Shown: positions 29,849 to 40,323 of the stretch, in pieces
Numbering within the stretch: the stretch's first letter is position 1
Layout of the letters: each line of letters opens with the position of its first letter
Virus record (IMG/VR): IMGVR_UViG_3300031998_000007
DNA from: a virus
Lineage: Duplodnaviria; Heunggongvirae; Uroviricota; Caudoviricetes
Strand: one strand, 5' to 3'
DNA length: 64,000 nt
Position numbers and translations under genes: made by a program
The notes under the pieces: model-generated
The model's input: the letters and a program-made list of their open reading frames with translations, nothing else
Told to the model about the DNA's origin: nothing
Databases searched by the model: none

Positions 29849-30419
29849 ACTGGCGGTAGTCCGCCCGGGCCTTGGCAAGCGCGGCAAAGAACTCCGCCTT
29901 GGCAGTAACCATGTATTGGGTGATGTAGGCTTTCAGCAGCTCATGGGCCACGGTACAGTGCGCCGAATTGTAGTAGATGACATTCCCTACCTGGCAGAAA
30001 CCGCGGGTGTCCACCTGCTTTTCCACATAGGAATCGCAGTCACCCACCTCCTGTTCGGATATGCCGCCAACGAGGGACCAGGACAGCGCATAGATGGCGC
30101 TAGGCTTCGGGGGACGGCTGTCCACCTCGACCGTTATCTCATGGCCGGCCATGTCACGGAATATGACGGCCTTCCCGGTAGTGGTATTCGCCACCTGCAC
30201 GACGGACAGGGAGTGCTCGTCCTTGATTGAGTGCTGCCCGCTCTTCGCGAGCGGATGGTAAATCATCTTGTGGTGGACGGGGCATAGCTGGATGGTTACA
30301 TCCTTGTTGAGCTTCACCCCCAGTTCCTTCGGGTTCACATGATGAAACTCGATGAGCCTGCGCTCATCGGTCTCATAGTTACATCCTGGGAAAACACACT
30401 TATACTTGATAGCCGGCAT
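29844..30419 (-). CDS. HNH/zinc-binding protein
   Basis: CVFPGC...EFHHV...LCPVHHKMI. Confidence 0.6.
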   Translation of the reverse strand: MPAIKYKCVFPGCNYETDERRLIEFHHVNPKELGVKLNKDVTIQLCPVHHKMIYHPLAKSGQHSIKDEHSLSVVQVANTTTGKAVIFRDMAGHEITVEVDSRPPKPSAIYALSWSLVGGISEQEVGDCDSYVEKQVDTRGFCQVGNVIYYNSAHCTVAHELLKAYITQYMVTAKAEFFAALAKARADYRQL

Positions 30420-30428
30420 GGCCGGAAA

Positions 30429-32285
30429 CTAGGTTTCCGGCTGGTTCCAGATGCCCTTCATCCGGCCATAATATTCAGCGCCTATCCTAATCGGGCTCAG
30501 GTCACTGCGGGAGAACGGATCCTGGAACATCGGGAAACCCGCAGTTTCCGCAGAATCGGTAAACCCGTTCGGGGACATGAAGATATGGTCCGGGAGCTGG
30601 TAGTAGTCGAATGTCTGCCAGGCGTTATCCGTGGCATTGTAGATGAACCGGGCCTTGTAGATTACCGGACGGTCTGGAATTGCGACGTTCTCGCCGAACA
30701 CATAGAAGTTGGTCATCCTGGCCATGCTGAACTTCGCGATCGGCCACACGTTGTTCTTGGAGAACTGTCGGGAAGCGAGGTCGATGTCGGCATAGTCCAT
30801 CACGTTATACACGTAGATGTGGGCCTTGTTCACAATGAGGTCGTTCACCTTGCCACCGTTCAGCTCCGGTGTCGGCCAGATGCGGAACATGAACTCGAAC
30901 ATGGCGCCATCCTTCGGCGACACCACCTCATCATTCTTGCCCACCACATTTACGGGAAGGAAGATTGCGAGGCCCTGGTCAAGGTCCGGCCCGTCATAGT
31001 TGATGATGTTGAGCCGGGAAACATCCTTGGACGCATGGCTGAACACCATCACGGAAGAATAGTCCTGCAACCCGTAAACGCCGATAGACGTATCGGTAGG
31101 ACCGTAGGTCTTCCCCGAAACCCACTTCGCGTTCCTGGAATCCGGGTATTGAATATAGTTGCAGCTCGGGATAATCTCCACGCCCTTCGGCTGCGCCGTG
31201 CGGCCTGCCGGGATGCGGAGGGAGCTGTGCATGCGGATTTCCGCATCCGACATGAACGGTTCGGACGAATTGTTCTTGACGATAAAGCCGGAGATGTCCG
31301 TAGCCAGCTTGTACCGGAGCGTCCCGCCATTGCCGACGGAGTAGTGCGCATCGAGCGGGAACATGCGGACCCAGTAGTCCGTATTCTCCACGAGGGCGCT
31401 GTCGCCTCCCTCGTCCTCGACCAGCTCCGCCGGGGCCACCGACGAATCGGCGTCGAACTGATAGACATAGAACATCCCGTCCTTCTCCACCAGCGTTCCG
31501 TAGGAATAGACAGCTTCTTCGGAATAGCTCTCACAGAACTTCCTGAACCCGGACTTCGGATTGTCCGGTAGATACGACATATTCCGGTCGGAAGCGAGCT
31601 CATAGACGACCCCGCGATACTTCACCAGCGTATCTTCCGTCGGTAACGGCAGATTGGACACATAGTCAATCACCACCGGTCGGCAGTTGCTTCCGGTTCC
31701 GGTCCCAGACACAATGGCATCTCCCGCAACGACATCGGTCGTCGTCACATAGAGGGCGATTGACGCCGGCACATCCGGGTCGTCGAGACTGCCTATGCAG
31801 CGGGCGAAATACGTCCCGGCGGGGTAATCCTTGGTGAACTCGCCGGCCACGTAATATTCCGTGGAATTTGTGTCCGGGTTCCACCTTGAACACTCGTCAT
31901 AGATTGCCGGGACGGCATACACCTTCGCCTTACGGCCAAAGTCGGAACCGGTAGTAATGCGGGCAACGACGGTGTCCGGGTTTGCCTGATCGTAGGTCGC
32001 GGAAACGCGGTGCATTTCCTTGTAGGCATACTTGCCCGCGCCGAGATACGGCGCCACCGCATTGTCGCCACCGCCCTTGTCGGCAGCGTGCTTCGTCGAA
32101 AGGACATAATCGACAAAATACGGGGGAGTGTTCGTGCTGAGACGGACAGTGACCTTGTCCATCTTGCTGTGCTCCCACTCGACCAAGGCATTGAGGATGG
32201 CCTCATAGTTGGCCTGTGAAACGGCAAGGCTACCCGTGATATGGCCCAGCGGGTTAGCTTCAAGTGTCGAAATCTTGCTTGGCAT
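30429..32285 (-). CDS. Hypothetical structural (tail/baseplate) protein
   Basis: 618-aa ORF in the late operon downstream of a fibre-like gene. Confidence 0.6.
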   Translation of the reverse strand: MPSKISTLEANPLGHITGSLAVSQANYEAILNALVEWEHSKMDKVTVRLSTNTPPYFVDYVLSTKHAADKGGGDNAVAPYLGAGKYAYKEMHRVSATYDQANPDTVVARITTGSDFGRKAKVYAVPAIYDECSRWNPDTNSTEYYVAGEFTKDYPAGTYFARCIGSLDDPDVPASIALYVTTTDVVAGDAIVSGTGTGSNCRPVVIDYVSNLPLPTEDTLVKYRGVVYELASDRNMSYLPDNPKSGFRKFCESYSEEAVYSYGTLVEKDGMFYVYQFDADSSVAPAELVEDEGGDSALVENTDYWVRMFPLDAHYSVGNGGTLRYKLATDISGFIVKNNSSEPFMSDAEIRMHSSLRIPAGRTAQPKGVEIIPSCNYIQYPDSRNAKWVSGKTYGPTDTSIGVYGLQDYSSVMVFSHASKDVSRLNIINYDGPDLDQGLAIFLPVNVVGKNDEVVSPKDGAMFEFMFRIWPTPELNGGKVNDLIVNKAHIYVYNVMDYADIDLASRQFSKNNVWPIAKFSMARMTNFYVFGENVAIPDRPVIYKARFIYNATDNAWQTFDYYQLPDHIFMSPNGFTDSAETAGFPMFQDPFSRSDLSPIRIGAEYYGRMKGIWNQPET

Positions 32286-32295
32286 CTAAAAGCTC

Positions 32296-35200
32296 CTACG
32301 AGAAGTTGATTTGCCTGAACACGTTCCTGATCTGCGCATCGGTGACCGCAGTCTTCCCATCCCAGTATGACAGAGCAGACGAGTGATGGGAACTGAGGAA
32401 GTCCTCGGCAGACGACTTTACCGCAAATGCGCAAGGTCCCTGCAAGGTAATCGGCACAATCGGCGCTTCCGCGATATTGCCCCCGTTGATAAGGGCAGTC
32501 CACTGGATGTCCAATACCATCGCGCTCGTGCTGGTCGGGAAATATGCCGAGACCGTCATGCCGGAGCGATAGCCGTATGGCCCACCGCCGGTAAGCATCG
32601 GGACCTGGTATTTGTTGTCCAGGTACTTGATGTCGCCAATGGACGGATAGATCGGCAAGCGCAGGCCGCACATGCGGTTCGTCTTGTCGAGCTCCGCAGG
32701 ATAATACGACGTTCCGCAGTAGTGCTGCAGGAGGGTAAGGTTAAGGATGAACGAGACCGTGATGATGTGGCCGGTCAAGGTAATGCAGAGCTTGTCAAGG
32801 AGCGGAATACCCCACTTGCCGTAGGACAGGCAGTAGCCGAACGAATTGGCGTCCCATGTGATGCCATAATCGCCCATCATCTGGTGAACCTGCTGCTGGG
32901 CGGTCCCATCCAGGCCACCGCTCAACCACGGCGTAGTGAACATGCCTTCGACAGTCTTCTTGATAATGCCGGTCTTGTTGTCATACACATAGGCCGGAAT
33001 TGTCTGGGAAGCCGTGGACGTGTTCGTCTTCACGACGCCATTTTCCACGCGGCAGAAAGTGCCGGTACCGACCCGTTCCTTCGGGGCGGTGTCAATCGCA
33101 GAATTCACGTCGCGCATGTAGGCGAGTTCCTCATACAGGGAAGCGCCTTCCGGGTTCTTACCTCCGTTGCCGTCACCGAAGATGGTGTTGGAGAAGACCT
33201 GGACACGCGGCATGACATACATGTTGCGCATGATGGAATCCGTGAGCGCACCCGGGAGGATGAAGCCAGCCACGTCATAGGCGCTGTTCGACTGGGTGTC
33301 GTCGTGGTTTTCCTTGAAGTGGGTGGATGTCGTGGAATAGACATAGGAGCTGACGATGGAGTGGTATGCGTCGCAGTAGGAAGACTTCTGGAACGCCGCC
33401 GGGAGACCTTCGTTCGGAAGATAGCCGTCCGCCCAGTCGAAGTGGAAACCGCTGTGGCTTTCCCTGTTGTGGGCCATGTATTCCGGGTTCACGAACAATG
33501 TATCGCCGCGGAGGCTGTAAGAACGGGACGTGCAGTCTGCAGCAAGGGCGCCGTATGTCTGGCCGCTCAGGATGAGACGCTCGAAATCCATGTCGATGTA
33601 GGAAGTCTCGTTACCATCCGTCCTGCGGGCAATCATCTTGATTGTCTGCGGGGTCTCCACAGTGATGCCGTCCTCACCATAGATGTGAACACGGTTAATC
33701 GGTTCCGTACCAGCGTTCCGTGCCTGGATGTACTGGTAACGTTCCCACATCATCTGGTCCTTGTCCGGGTCCTTGCCCGACCAGATTACCGTGGAACCAT
33801 GGGAACCGCCAAGCCTCGTAGAAATGTCACGGAAACCGAACTCGGCAGCACCGGAACGGTCGCCGGTCGGGATCGGGCGAACGAGAAGGCCATCGCCATT
33901 GACAGAGAACTCACCGCGGTCATAGCAAACGTGGCTGATACCCTTAATCTTCTCGGTCGGGTCCCAGGTAATCGCGTATGCGCCCGTCAGCTGGTAGATA
34001 CCATACTTGGACGCCTCGTCCGCGACGACGGCAGTGTTGTAACCGCATGCCGGCATGTCGGCAGTATTGCGGTGGTCGGACACACCGACAATCACCTTGG
34101 AATTGGCCAGCTTCATGAACGAATATCTCGGACCGGCAACAAACGCATTCTCCAAACGGCCAGCAAGCCCGCTGAAATCGGATCCCGTTCCCGGTGGCAT
34201 GCGGTCGATATAGCCACAGCCGACAATGAACCTCGGTTCAAGCATCGGGACGTTGTTGGCGCCGACCACGGTCTGGGCCATGCCCATCGCGGTAGTCTGG
34301 TAGTTCAGCGCGGCGCTATAACGGCCACACTCGACCGTATAGGTAATCGCGGCGTTCGCTCCCGGCGTTGTCCAACCGGCAGCATTATACGGGTTCATGC
34401 CCGTAACTTCAACCTGGTATGCACAGATGTTACCGCCAGCGATAGCAAACCCTTCGCGGTTGGTAACATTCTTGTCGAGAGAAATAATCTTGTCGAGATT
34501 GCCGTTGGATGAAATTTCAGTAATCTTGCAGACGAAAGGCTTCAGGACGCAGCTTTCGGCCGAAATGTGCTTATTCGGCTTTCCGTCAGAACCGACCGTT
34601 TCCCAGTTGTAGAGATATACGGAATCTCCGACAGAGAGGTAGAACCTGTGCATGCCGGTGTCCCACTCGTCCTTCGCGATACGGATCTGGTTCGGGGCAA
34701 GCCCAGCCTTGGACACGGTGGCGCCCGTGGCACGGGTATAAGTACATCCGTCAACCACGATACGGCTCTGGCATTCGGTTCCGCTGTCCGCGGTATCGTC
34801 ATCGTCGTCCGCGAACGTAGTGAACTTGTAGCGATAGCCGCCAGCCTGCGTCATATAGTTGAACGCGGCGCCGAAATCGGCCGTGGCATGGATATACCCG
34901 CCTTCAGTAAACGAAGCAGTCCCGAGAGAATACCCAAACAGGCTCGCAATCGTCGCGGACTCCTCGCCATAGGCGACACCGCCATAGCCGTATGAGAACG
35001 CCTCCCCGAGATACGAAACACAGCTATGGCCACCGGCAAAGGTATTCGGCCCGTAGCCATAACAATCGTCACCGGTCATGAACGCGAAGCGCTCGTTGAT
35101 GTCGGTGTACGGCATCGCCTTCACTTCGTCAAACCGGTGCTTACCAAACAGGAACTTGTTGGCGTTCACGGTGAACGTGTCGTCAATCTCGAAGCGCCAG

Positions 35201-35769
35201 TTCAGGCCACCCGCGAGGTGGTCGGTCCCGTCACCCTGGAAACCGAGAAGGTCAATCGAGTTGTAGCCGGCAGGGAACAGGTAGGTCTCATACTGGCTGT
35301 AATGCTTCGTCGAAAGGTTCTCGTCGTAAATCGGGGCGCGGAAGTTCAGCGGAATCGGCGCCGAGTTGGAGACCAGCTTCGGGTTGGTCGCAGTCTTGAT
35401 CTTGTCGAGCCAGAACTGGTCATCGGTATGCTCCGCGTTCGTGGCACTCTTATAGAGTATCTTGGCATGCTTGACGAGGACGTCGGACGCGGACGGACCA
35501 CCAACCTGGATGTCGGCCTGTTCCATCGCCGTCTCGAACATGTCCTGTGCGAACGGGGTCTCCCCGGAACGGTATTCCCATTCCTCATAGAACTTATACA
35601 GCTTGTAGATGTCCGCACGGTCGAGCGTTACCGTCTCGCCAGCGCGTTCAACGGTAAACCCGTTATACGACCCGGCCTTCATCACCGAGCGGTTGAGAGC
35701 GTTGATAGCCTGCCGCGCGTTGTAGGTCATCGCGTCAATCTGCTTAATCAGCTTGTCTTCATTCTGCAT
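32296..35769 (-). CDS. Tail fibre/spike-like protein with YadA-head-like repeats
   Basis: NTFAGG...AFSYG...SATIA and YSAALNYQTTAMGMAQTVVGANN-type repeats. Confidence 0.6.
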   Translation of the reverse strand: MQNEDKLIKQIDAMTYNARQAINALNRSVMKAGSYNGFTVERAGETVTLDRADIYKLYKFYEEWEYRSGETPFAQDMFETAMEQADIQVGGPSASDVLVKHAKILYKSATNAEHTDDQFWLDKIKTATNPKLVSNSAPIPLNFRAPIYDENLSTKHYSQYETYLFPAGYNSIDLLGFQGDGTDHLAGGLNWRFEIDDTFTVNANKFLFGKHRFDEVKAMPYTDINERFAFMTGDDCYGYGPNTFAGGHSCVSYLGEAFSYGYGGVAYGEESATIASLFGYSLGTASFTEGGYIHATADFGAAFNYMTQAGGYRYKFTTFADDDDDTADSGTECQSRIVVDGCTYTRATGATVSKAGLAPNQIRIAKDEWDTGMHRFYLSVGDSVYLYNWETVGSDGKPNKHISAESCVLKPFVCKITEISSNGNLDKIISLDKNVTNREGFAIAGGNICAYQVEVTGMNPYNAAGWTTPGANAAITYTVECGRYSAALNYQTTAMGMAQTVVGANNVPMLEPRFIVGCGYIDRMPPGTGSDFSGLAGRLENAFVAGPRYSFMKLANSKVIVGVSDHRNTADMPACGYNTAVVADEASKYGIYQLTGAYAITWDPTEKIKGISHVCYDRGEFSVNGDGLLVRPIPTGDRSGAAEFGFRDISTRLGGSHGSTVIWSGKDPDKDQMMWERYQYIQARNAGTEPINRVHIYGEDGITVETPQTIKMIARRTDGNETSYIDMDFERLILSGQTYGALAADCTSRSYSLRGDTLFVNPEYMAHNRESHSGFHFDWADGYLPNEGLPAAFQKSSYCDAYHSIVSSYVYSTTSTHFKENHDDTQSNSAYDVAGFILPGALTDSIMRNMYVMPRVQVFSNTIFGDGNGGKNPEGASLYEELAYMRDVNSAIDTAPKERVGTGTFCRVENGVVKTNTSTASQTIPAYVYDNKTGIIKKTVEGMFTTPWLSGGLDGTAQQQVHQMMGDYGITWDANSFGYCLSYGKWGIPLLDKLCITLTGHIITVSFILNLTLLQHYCGTSYYPAELDKTNRMCGLRLPIYPSIGDIKYLDNKYQVPMLTGGGPYGYRSGMTVSAYFPTSTSAMVLDIQWTALINGGNIAEAPIVPITLQGPCAFAVKSSAEDFLSSHHSSALSYWDGKTAVTDAQIRNVFRQINFS

Positions 35770-35804
35770 CTGCGGGTTCCGTTCGTAAATTCGTGTAACG
35801 CCAA

Positions 35805-35813
35805 TAGTTTATA
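35805..35813 (-). promoter_or_regulatory. Putative late promoter TATAAACTA
   Basis: Exact motif about 35 nt before the ATG at 35769. Confidence 0.75.
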
Positions 35814-35829
35814 TCCGCGGGGGCGGAAA

Positions 35830-36924
35830 TCAGTACCCGTAACCCTGATATTCCACCCTGGAACGGGCCCCGGCGCCGTTACCATACCATTCCTCGATAC
35901 GGTCCGGCTTCATCGGCTTCTGCCCGAGGAAGGTGCTCTTGTCACGCGCCTCGTGGAGCATCTGCACGATCTTGCGCCGGTCGTAGATGTCCGGGTTAAT
36001 CCAGGTCACCGAATCGGGGCGTGCGTTCAGCTTGAGACACTGGCGCATGCACTTCTCGGCCATGCTGTAATTTTCCTTGTGATACTGATACTTTCCGCGC
36101 CAGTAGTAGCCTTCCGGGCGTGTCGGGCTTTCCTGGATAAGCTGGAGGGAACGCCTGCCAATCGTTTCCAGGTCGCGGTTCGTTTCCGAAATCTGGCATA
36201 TCATTTCCAGGGACTTGACGCGCTCCTCGGTAAAGTTGTCGGGGAACTCGTCCACCGCGACGTTATACCATTCCAGCGCAGCTGGCACATTCTTCATGTC
36301 GCGATAGGAGTTCGCGATGTAGAACGCGGTCCTCGGCGTCCTCCCGATGTTCCAGTCGGAAAGCAGCGTCTTCAAGTTGCGGGCCACGTCGCGCGTGGGC
36401 TTGAAGTTCCTGATGAACAGGCCGGTATCGACGGTAGGCGGGTTCGGGGCACAGTTCTTGAGGAGCTCGTGGATGCGGCCCTCGAAACGCGCGTTGCAGC
36501 GCTTGCATATACGCAGGCGCGGGAAGAAATACTTCGGGCTCGTGCGGGTGTAGATGAAAATGCTCGCGTCGGGCGTCCTTCCCGTGATTACGGTAAACGC
36601 CTTGCGGAGACGGGCCGGTTCCTCGACGGTCTCGTTCGCATCAATCCACATCACGTAGTCCGCCGTGGCACGGTTGATGGCGTGGTTCTTCGCCGCGCCG
36701 AAGTCAAAGTTGCCGCTCGCATCATGAAAACGGCTGCCGACAGCATCGACAACCGTATCCTTCTTATTGCGGGCAGCCCAACCACGAACCAGTTCGACAG
36801 TCCCGTCAGTAGAACCCGTGTCCACGACGACGACCTGGTCGGCCACCAGCAGGACACTGTCCAGACACGACAGGACCGTCCTCCGGCCGTTCTTCACGAC
36901 CAGACAGACAGCCAGCGTAGCCAT
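35830..36924 (-). CDS. GT2 glycosyltransferase with C-terminal TPR repeats
   Basis: LAVCLVVKN, VVVDTGSTDGT, DFGAAKN.AI, WIDANE, FEGRIHE, followed by TPR-like helices. Confidence 0.85.
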   Translation of the reverse strand: MATLAVCLVVKNGRRTVLSCLDSVLLVADQVVVVDTGSTDGTVELVRGWAARNKKDTVVDAVGSRFHDASGNFDFGAAKNHAINRATADYVMWIDANETVEEPARLRKAFTVITGRTPDASIFIYTRTSPKYFFPRLRICKRCNARFEGRIHELLKNCAPNPPTVDTGLFIRNFKPTRDVARNLKTLLSDWNIGRTPRTAFYIANSYRDMKNVPAALEWYNVAVDEFPDNFTEERVKSLEMICQISETNRDLETIGRRSLQLIQESPTRPEGYYWRGKYQYHKENYSMAEKCMRQCLKLNARPDSVTWINPDIYDRRKIVQMLHEARDKSTFLGQKPMKPDRIEEWYGNGAGARSRVEYQGYGY

Positions 36925-36927
36925 GGG

Positions 36928-37464
36928 TTACCCCTTGTTTTCTTCCTTGGCAGGTTCTGCCGCTTCGGCTTCCTGCGGAGGATCCTTGATGAGAGGCTTG
37001 AGGAGGTTCCAGTAATACCAGTTCTGCTGTTCGTTGGTCCCAGCAAATTCCGGCACGCGTTCAAGTTCGATTGTGCGGAGGTCGAGCTCGATTTCCTCGT
37101 CGCAGAACTCGTTGCGGTTCTTGTCAATGATGACCTCGTTCTCGTAAGCCTCCTTGCACTCTTCGCGAAGGTCAAGGATCTTGCGTTCGAGCTCCTCACG
37201 GGCTTCCGGCGTTGCCGTCTGGAAGTCAGCCGGGGTATTGAACCCAAGTTCCTTCTGGATAGCGAAACGGCGCTGTTCGGCTTCAAGGAAAGCCTTGTCG
37301 GGCGGGAAGGCTTCCACCGTGTTCTTGCGTTCTTCGCCGGTGACCTTCAAGTTGTGGGTCACGAAATAGCGGAACCATGCGCTGACCGGGGCCTTGAATA
37401 CCTGGTCGGCATGTTCGAGCATGAGGTTGAGGTTGATTGCGTATGCGCGTTTTACCTTTTTCAT
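36928..37464 (-). CDS. Hypothetical charged helical protein (possible fibre chaperone)
   Basis: GAGG RBS before MKKVKR; follows a fibre-like gene. Confidence 0.6.
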   Translation of the reverse strand: MKKVKRAYAINLNLMLEHADQVFKAPVSAWFRYFVTHNLKVTGEERKNTVEAFPPDKAFLEAEQRRFAIQKELGFNTPADFQTATPEAREELERKILDLREECKEAYENEVIIDKNRNEFCDEEIELDLRTIELERVPEFAGTNEQQNWYYWNLLKPLIKDPPQEAEAAEPAKEENKG

Positions 37465-37518
37465 CGGTTTCCTCGTTTGAAACGTTTCATGCGGGAAAAC
37501 TAGGTTTTCCCACACGGA

Positions 37519-40320
37519 CTAACTCGGAAGCGGATTACGCTCGAAGAAGTAGCCAACCTCGCCATTTGCCTTCTTGACCGACACTTTCAGGAATACGTTC
37601 TTGGACGACGCAAAGGTAGAATCGCCCCAGGTCTGCAGGTTGATACCCCGCGTGCCCATGGCAGGCGATGTGCCTTCGCTGGCAATAGATGTCCCGGTCA
37701 TGGTCAAGCACTTGGCAGTCACATACGGAGTATATCCCGAAATCGAGCTCAGATACATGTACAGGTAGAATACCTTGCCTACGTCCGCCTCGCTCGGGTC
37801 AGCCAGCGACACATTAAGTGTGTTGTTGGTGTATGAAAGATGCAATATGCCCGGATCAATGACAATCATCTCGTTCGCTTTCGGCGTAAGCTGGAAGGAC
37901 GGCGACATAGCCTCGGTGTAAGAATCACCGGACGGGGTCTTGGTTGCCGTTGTCGTGACACTGGTAACTATCGCGTTATCGGCCGTAGAAGTCGCCGTAG
38001 CGGAACCCGTAGTCGCGCTTTCATCAGGGTATGTCACCTTCGGGCTCAACTGCTGGATCTGCGACCCGTCATAGTATTCCTGATACCCAATAGTCAGTGT
38101 CCCGACGTAGGAACATGTAAGTTTCCTGACATGGTCATACAACAAGGTGTTCTCGACAATGTTCACATCCAGCTTCGGGTAGCCCACGCCGATGTGGAAC
38201 GAGCCGTCGAGTTCCTGGCGGTCCTGGACGATGAGCGACATGCCGGCATACGGACACTTGTCGGTGCCCGGGGTCATCACGACAGCACCCTTGAACACGT
38301 TGCCCGTGCTCACCTTGCCGTCAAGGATACTCTTGATGTATTCCTCAGTCTTCAAGCGGCGATAATCCGCAGCGACATAGCCGCTCGGGATCTGGTCATC
38401 CGGGGTATTGTCATGGTAATACATGTTACCGAGCTTCAATACGCCGTATGCAGACTGGTTCCTGGTGGAAGCATTTGCACCGCCATACAGGGCAAGACCG
38501 CCGGTATAAATCATCGGGGTGTCCGGCTTCTTGCAGTTATACCAGGCAGCCTCGGTAATGTAGCCGCTCACGCCATCAAGGATATATGCGGAACTACCGG
38601 TTATCTGACTTTCACCAAAACCAAGGCTAAGCGCCTCGGACTTGGTCATGGTGCCATAGAACCTGCCGTTATACATGAAGCCGGAATTGGTGAACACGAA
38701 CGCATCGGTGAAACTCGGTGTCGCCTCGTTGGCGTTCATGTCAGACAGGCATCCGTTTTCACCACTGCCTTCGGTGTTATTGCGGTTAGTATCTATCCAC
38801 CACACGCCGCGAATGATATTCTTGTCGATCACCTCATCGCCAACTTTCATCTTCTTCGGCCCGCCAATACGCATGTGGTTGGCAACAAACACGCTGTCAG
38901 AAATGGTGGCGGTATCAAAAATCAGCTGATCGCCCCACAGCACAACATTTTCCGCGCCATCGGGAAGAGTATTGTAATCGCCGATGGACAACACGTTCTT
39001 CTGATTTGCCGGGAAAATCTGGTACCATGACCATTCTTCGGTATACCAAAGGACTTCGCCATCCGCTGTCGTCTTACGGTTCGAGTTGGCTACCGCATTA
39101 GACGACGCATTTCCTGCCCAGCCGATATACATACAGGTTGCGCTATCATGGGCCACGATTGAATACGACACGCCACCGTGTGTATAGGTCAAATCATTGT
39201 CACCAACGACAATCGCGCTAATCCCCTGGTCCGCATCAATCCGAGCCTGGGCTTCTGCATCCGTCAGGATTTCATAATTAGAATACATGCCGCGGGCATG
39301 ATACTTCTGGCTTCCCGAACTTGACGGATATTGGTAATACTCATTAAAATGGTCGCCAATAACGTTGACATTCTTACTGCCGGCCGCGATATAGTTAGTT
39401 GAACCGGTTACTTTGACCTTGCTCGAGTTGAACCCGACCCAGTTTTCGGTACCATTGACTTCAATGTCGCCCATCGTGAGGCGGTTAGTGGAACCCCCTG
39501 GCAGCTTGACGGTATATTCATTGAACCAGCCAATGTGGTTGTTGAAACCCCTGATTTTCAAACCATCAACGGACCCCCACATTTCGTTGCCGGTGCCCTT
39601 GATGTCAGAATTGAGCAAATATCCCGGCCAGCGAGGAACACCCATAGCGCTGCACCACTTCTGTTCGAGCGCACTGTAATCGTTCAGCACAATGCCGCCG
39701 AGCACCGACGTATCAGTCACCGAGGCGAGGCGGGAATCGCGGACGAGACCAACCAGGCCAAACGCATCCTTGACGAAAGAATCCACCACGGAACCCATAA
39801 CATAGTGCGAGTTCTGGAGAACGGAGTCGTTGCCGAGCACATTCACATAACTGGAATTCGAGTCGATATACATGCTCGGACCGTTCGAATACGAATAGTC
39901 GGCCTCGCACATCGATCCGGCACCCATGCCCAGCGTATCTACGCCGACACCCGGACTATCGGAATGGTAGCCATAAAGCGGGTCAAATACGGCGCTCTTC
40001 GTGCATTCGAGATACTCGAAATCGCTTGCGCCGGTATTCCCCGGCAACGCCTGGATTTGGCCGACCAAGGTGCTTTCCACGACATCCGACGCGGAGCCGT
40101 AGATGTTCACCTTCACCAAGCCATCGGAAGTCTTGAAGTAGTAGTTGCCGGCAACATGGTCGCCATCATAAACCTTCGTCTCGCTCCCGACCTTGTACTT
40201 GACACCCATGTAAGAGACATCGGGAAGTATCTTACCGCTAAGTTTTCCCGTGTTGCTCTTCCCGACAAGTTCCTTGAACTCGGCGGTAGTCATCAGTGTT
40301 TCGGTGACGTCTTTATACAT
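37519..40320 (-). CDS. Tail fibre/spike-like protein
   Basis: S/T/G/N-rich with beta-helix-like repeats (GFNNHIG, GTENWVG, GSTNYIA); AGGAG RBS. Confidence 0.6.
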   Translation of the reverse strand: MYKDVTETLMTTAEFKELVGKSNTGKLSGKILPDVSYMGVKYKVGSETKVYDGDHVAGNYYFKTSDGLVKVNIYGSASDVVESTLVGQIQALPGNTGASDFEYLECTKSAVFDPLYGYHSDSPGVGVDTLGMGAGSMCEADYSYSNGPSMYIDSNSSYVNVLGNDSVLQNSHYVMGSVVDSFVKDAFGLVGLVRDSRLASVTDTSVLGGIVLNDYSALEQKWCSAMGVPRWPGYLLNSDIKGTGNEMWGSVDGLKIRGFNNHIGWFNEYTVKLPGGSTNRLTMGDIEVNGTENWVGFNSSKVKVTGSTNYIAAGSKNVNVIGDHFNEYYQYPSSSGSQKYHARGMYSNYEILTDAEAQARIDADQGISAIVVGDNDLTYTHGGVSYSIVAHDSATCMYIGWAGNASSNAVANSNRKTTADGEVLWYTEEWSWYQIFPANQKNVLSIGDYNTLPDGAENVVLWGDQLIFDTATISDSVFVANHMRIGGPKKMKVGDEVIDKNIIRGVWWIDTNRNNTEGSGENGCLSDMNANEATPSFTDAFVFTNSGFMYNGRFYGTMTKSEALSLGFGESQITGSSAYILDGVSGYITEAAWYNCKKPDTPMIYTGGLALYGGANASTRNQSAYGVLKLGNMYYHDNTPDDQIPSGYVAADYRRLKTEEYIKSILDGKVSTGNVFKGAVVMTPGTDKCPYAGMSLIVQDRQELDGSFHIGVGYPKLDVNIVENTLLYDHVRKLTCSYVGTLTIGYQEYYDGSQIQQLSPKVTYPDESATTGSATATSTADNAIVTSVTTTATKTPSGDSYTEAMSPSFQLTPKANEMIVIDPGILHLSYTNNTLNVSLADPSEADVGKVFYLYMYLSSISGYTPYVTAKCLTMTGTSIASEGTSPAMGTRGINLQTWGDSTFASSKNVFLKVSVKKANGEVGYFFERNPLPS

Positions 40321-40323
40321 TGC

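Noticed and set aside
8025-40320. Diversity-generating retroelement or invertible tail-fibre cassette
   Set aside because: No reverse transcriptase or invertase is present, and I saw no near-identical nucleotide repeat pair by eye. The fibre repeats are diverged protein-level repeats. A dot-plot would be decisive.
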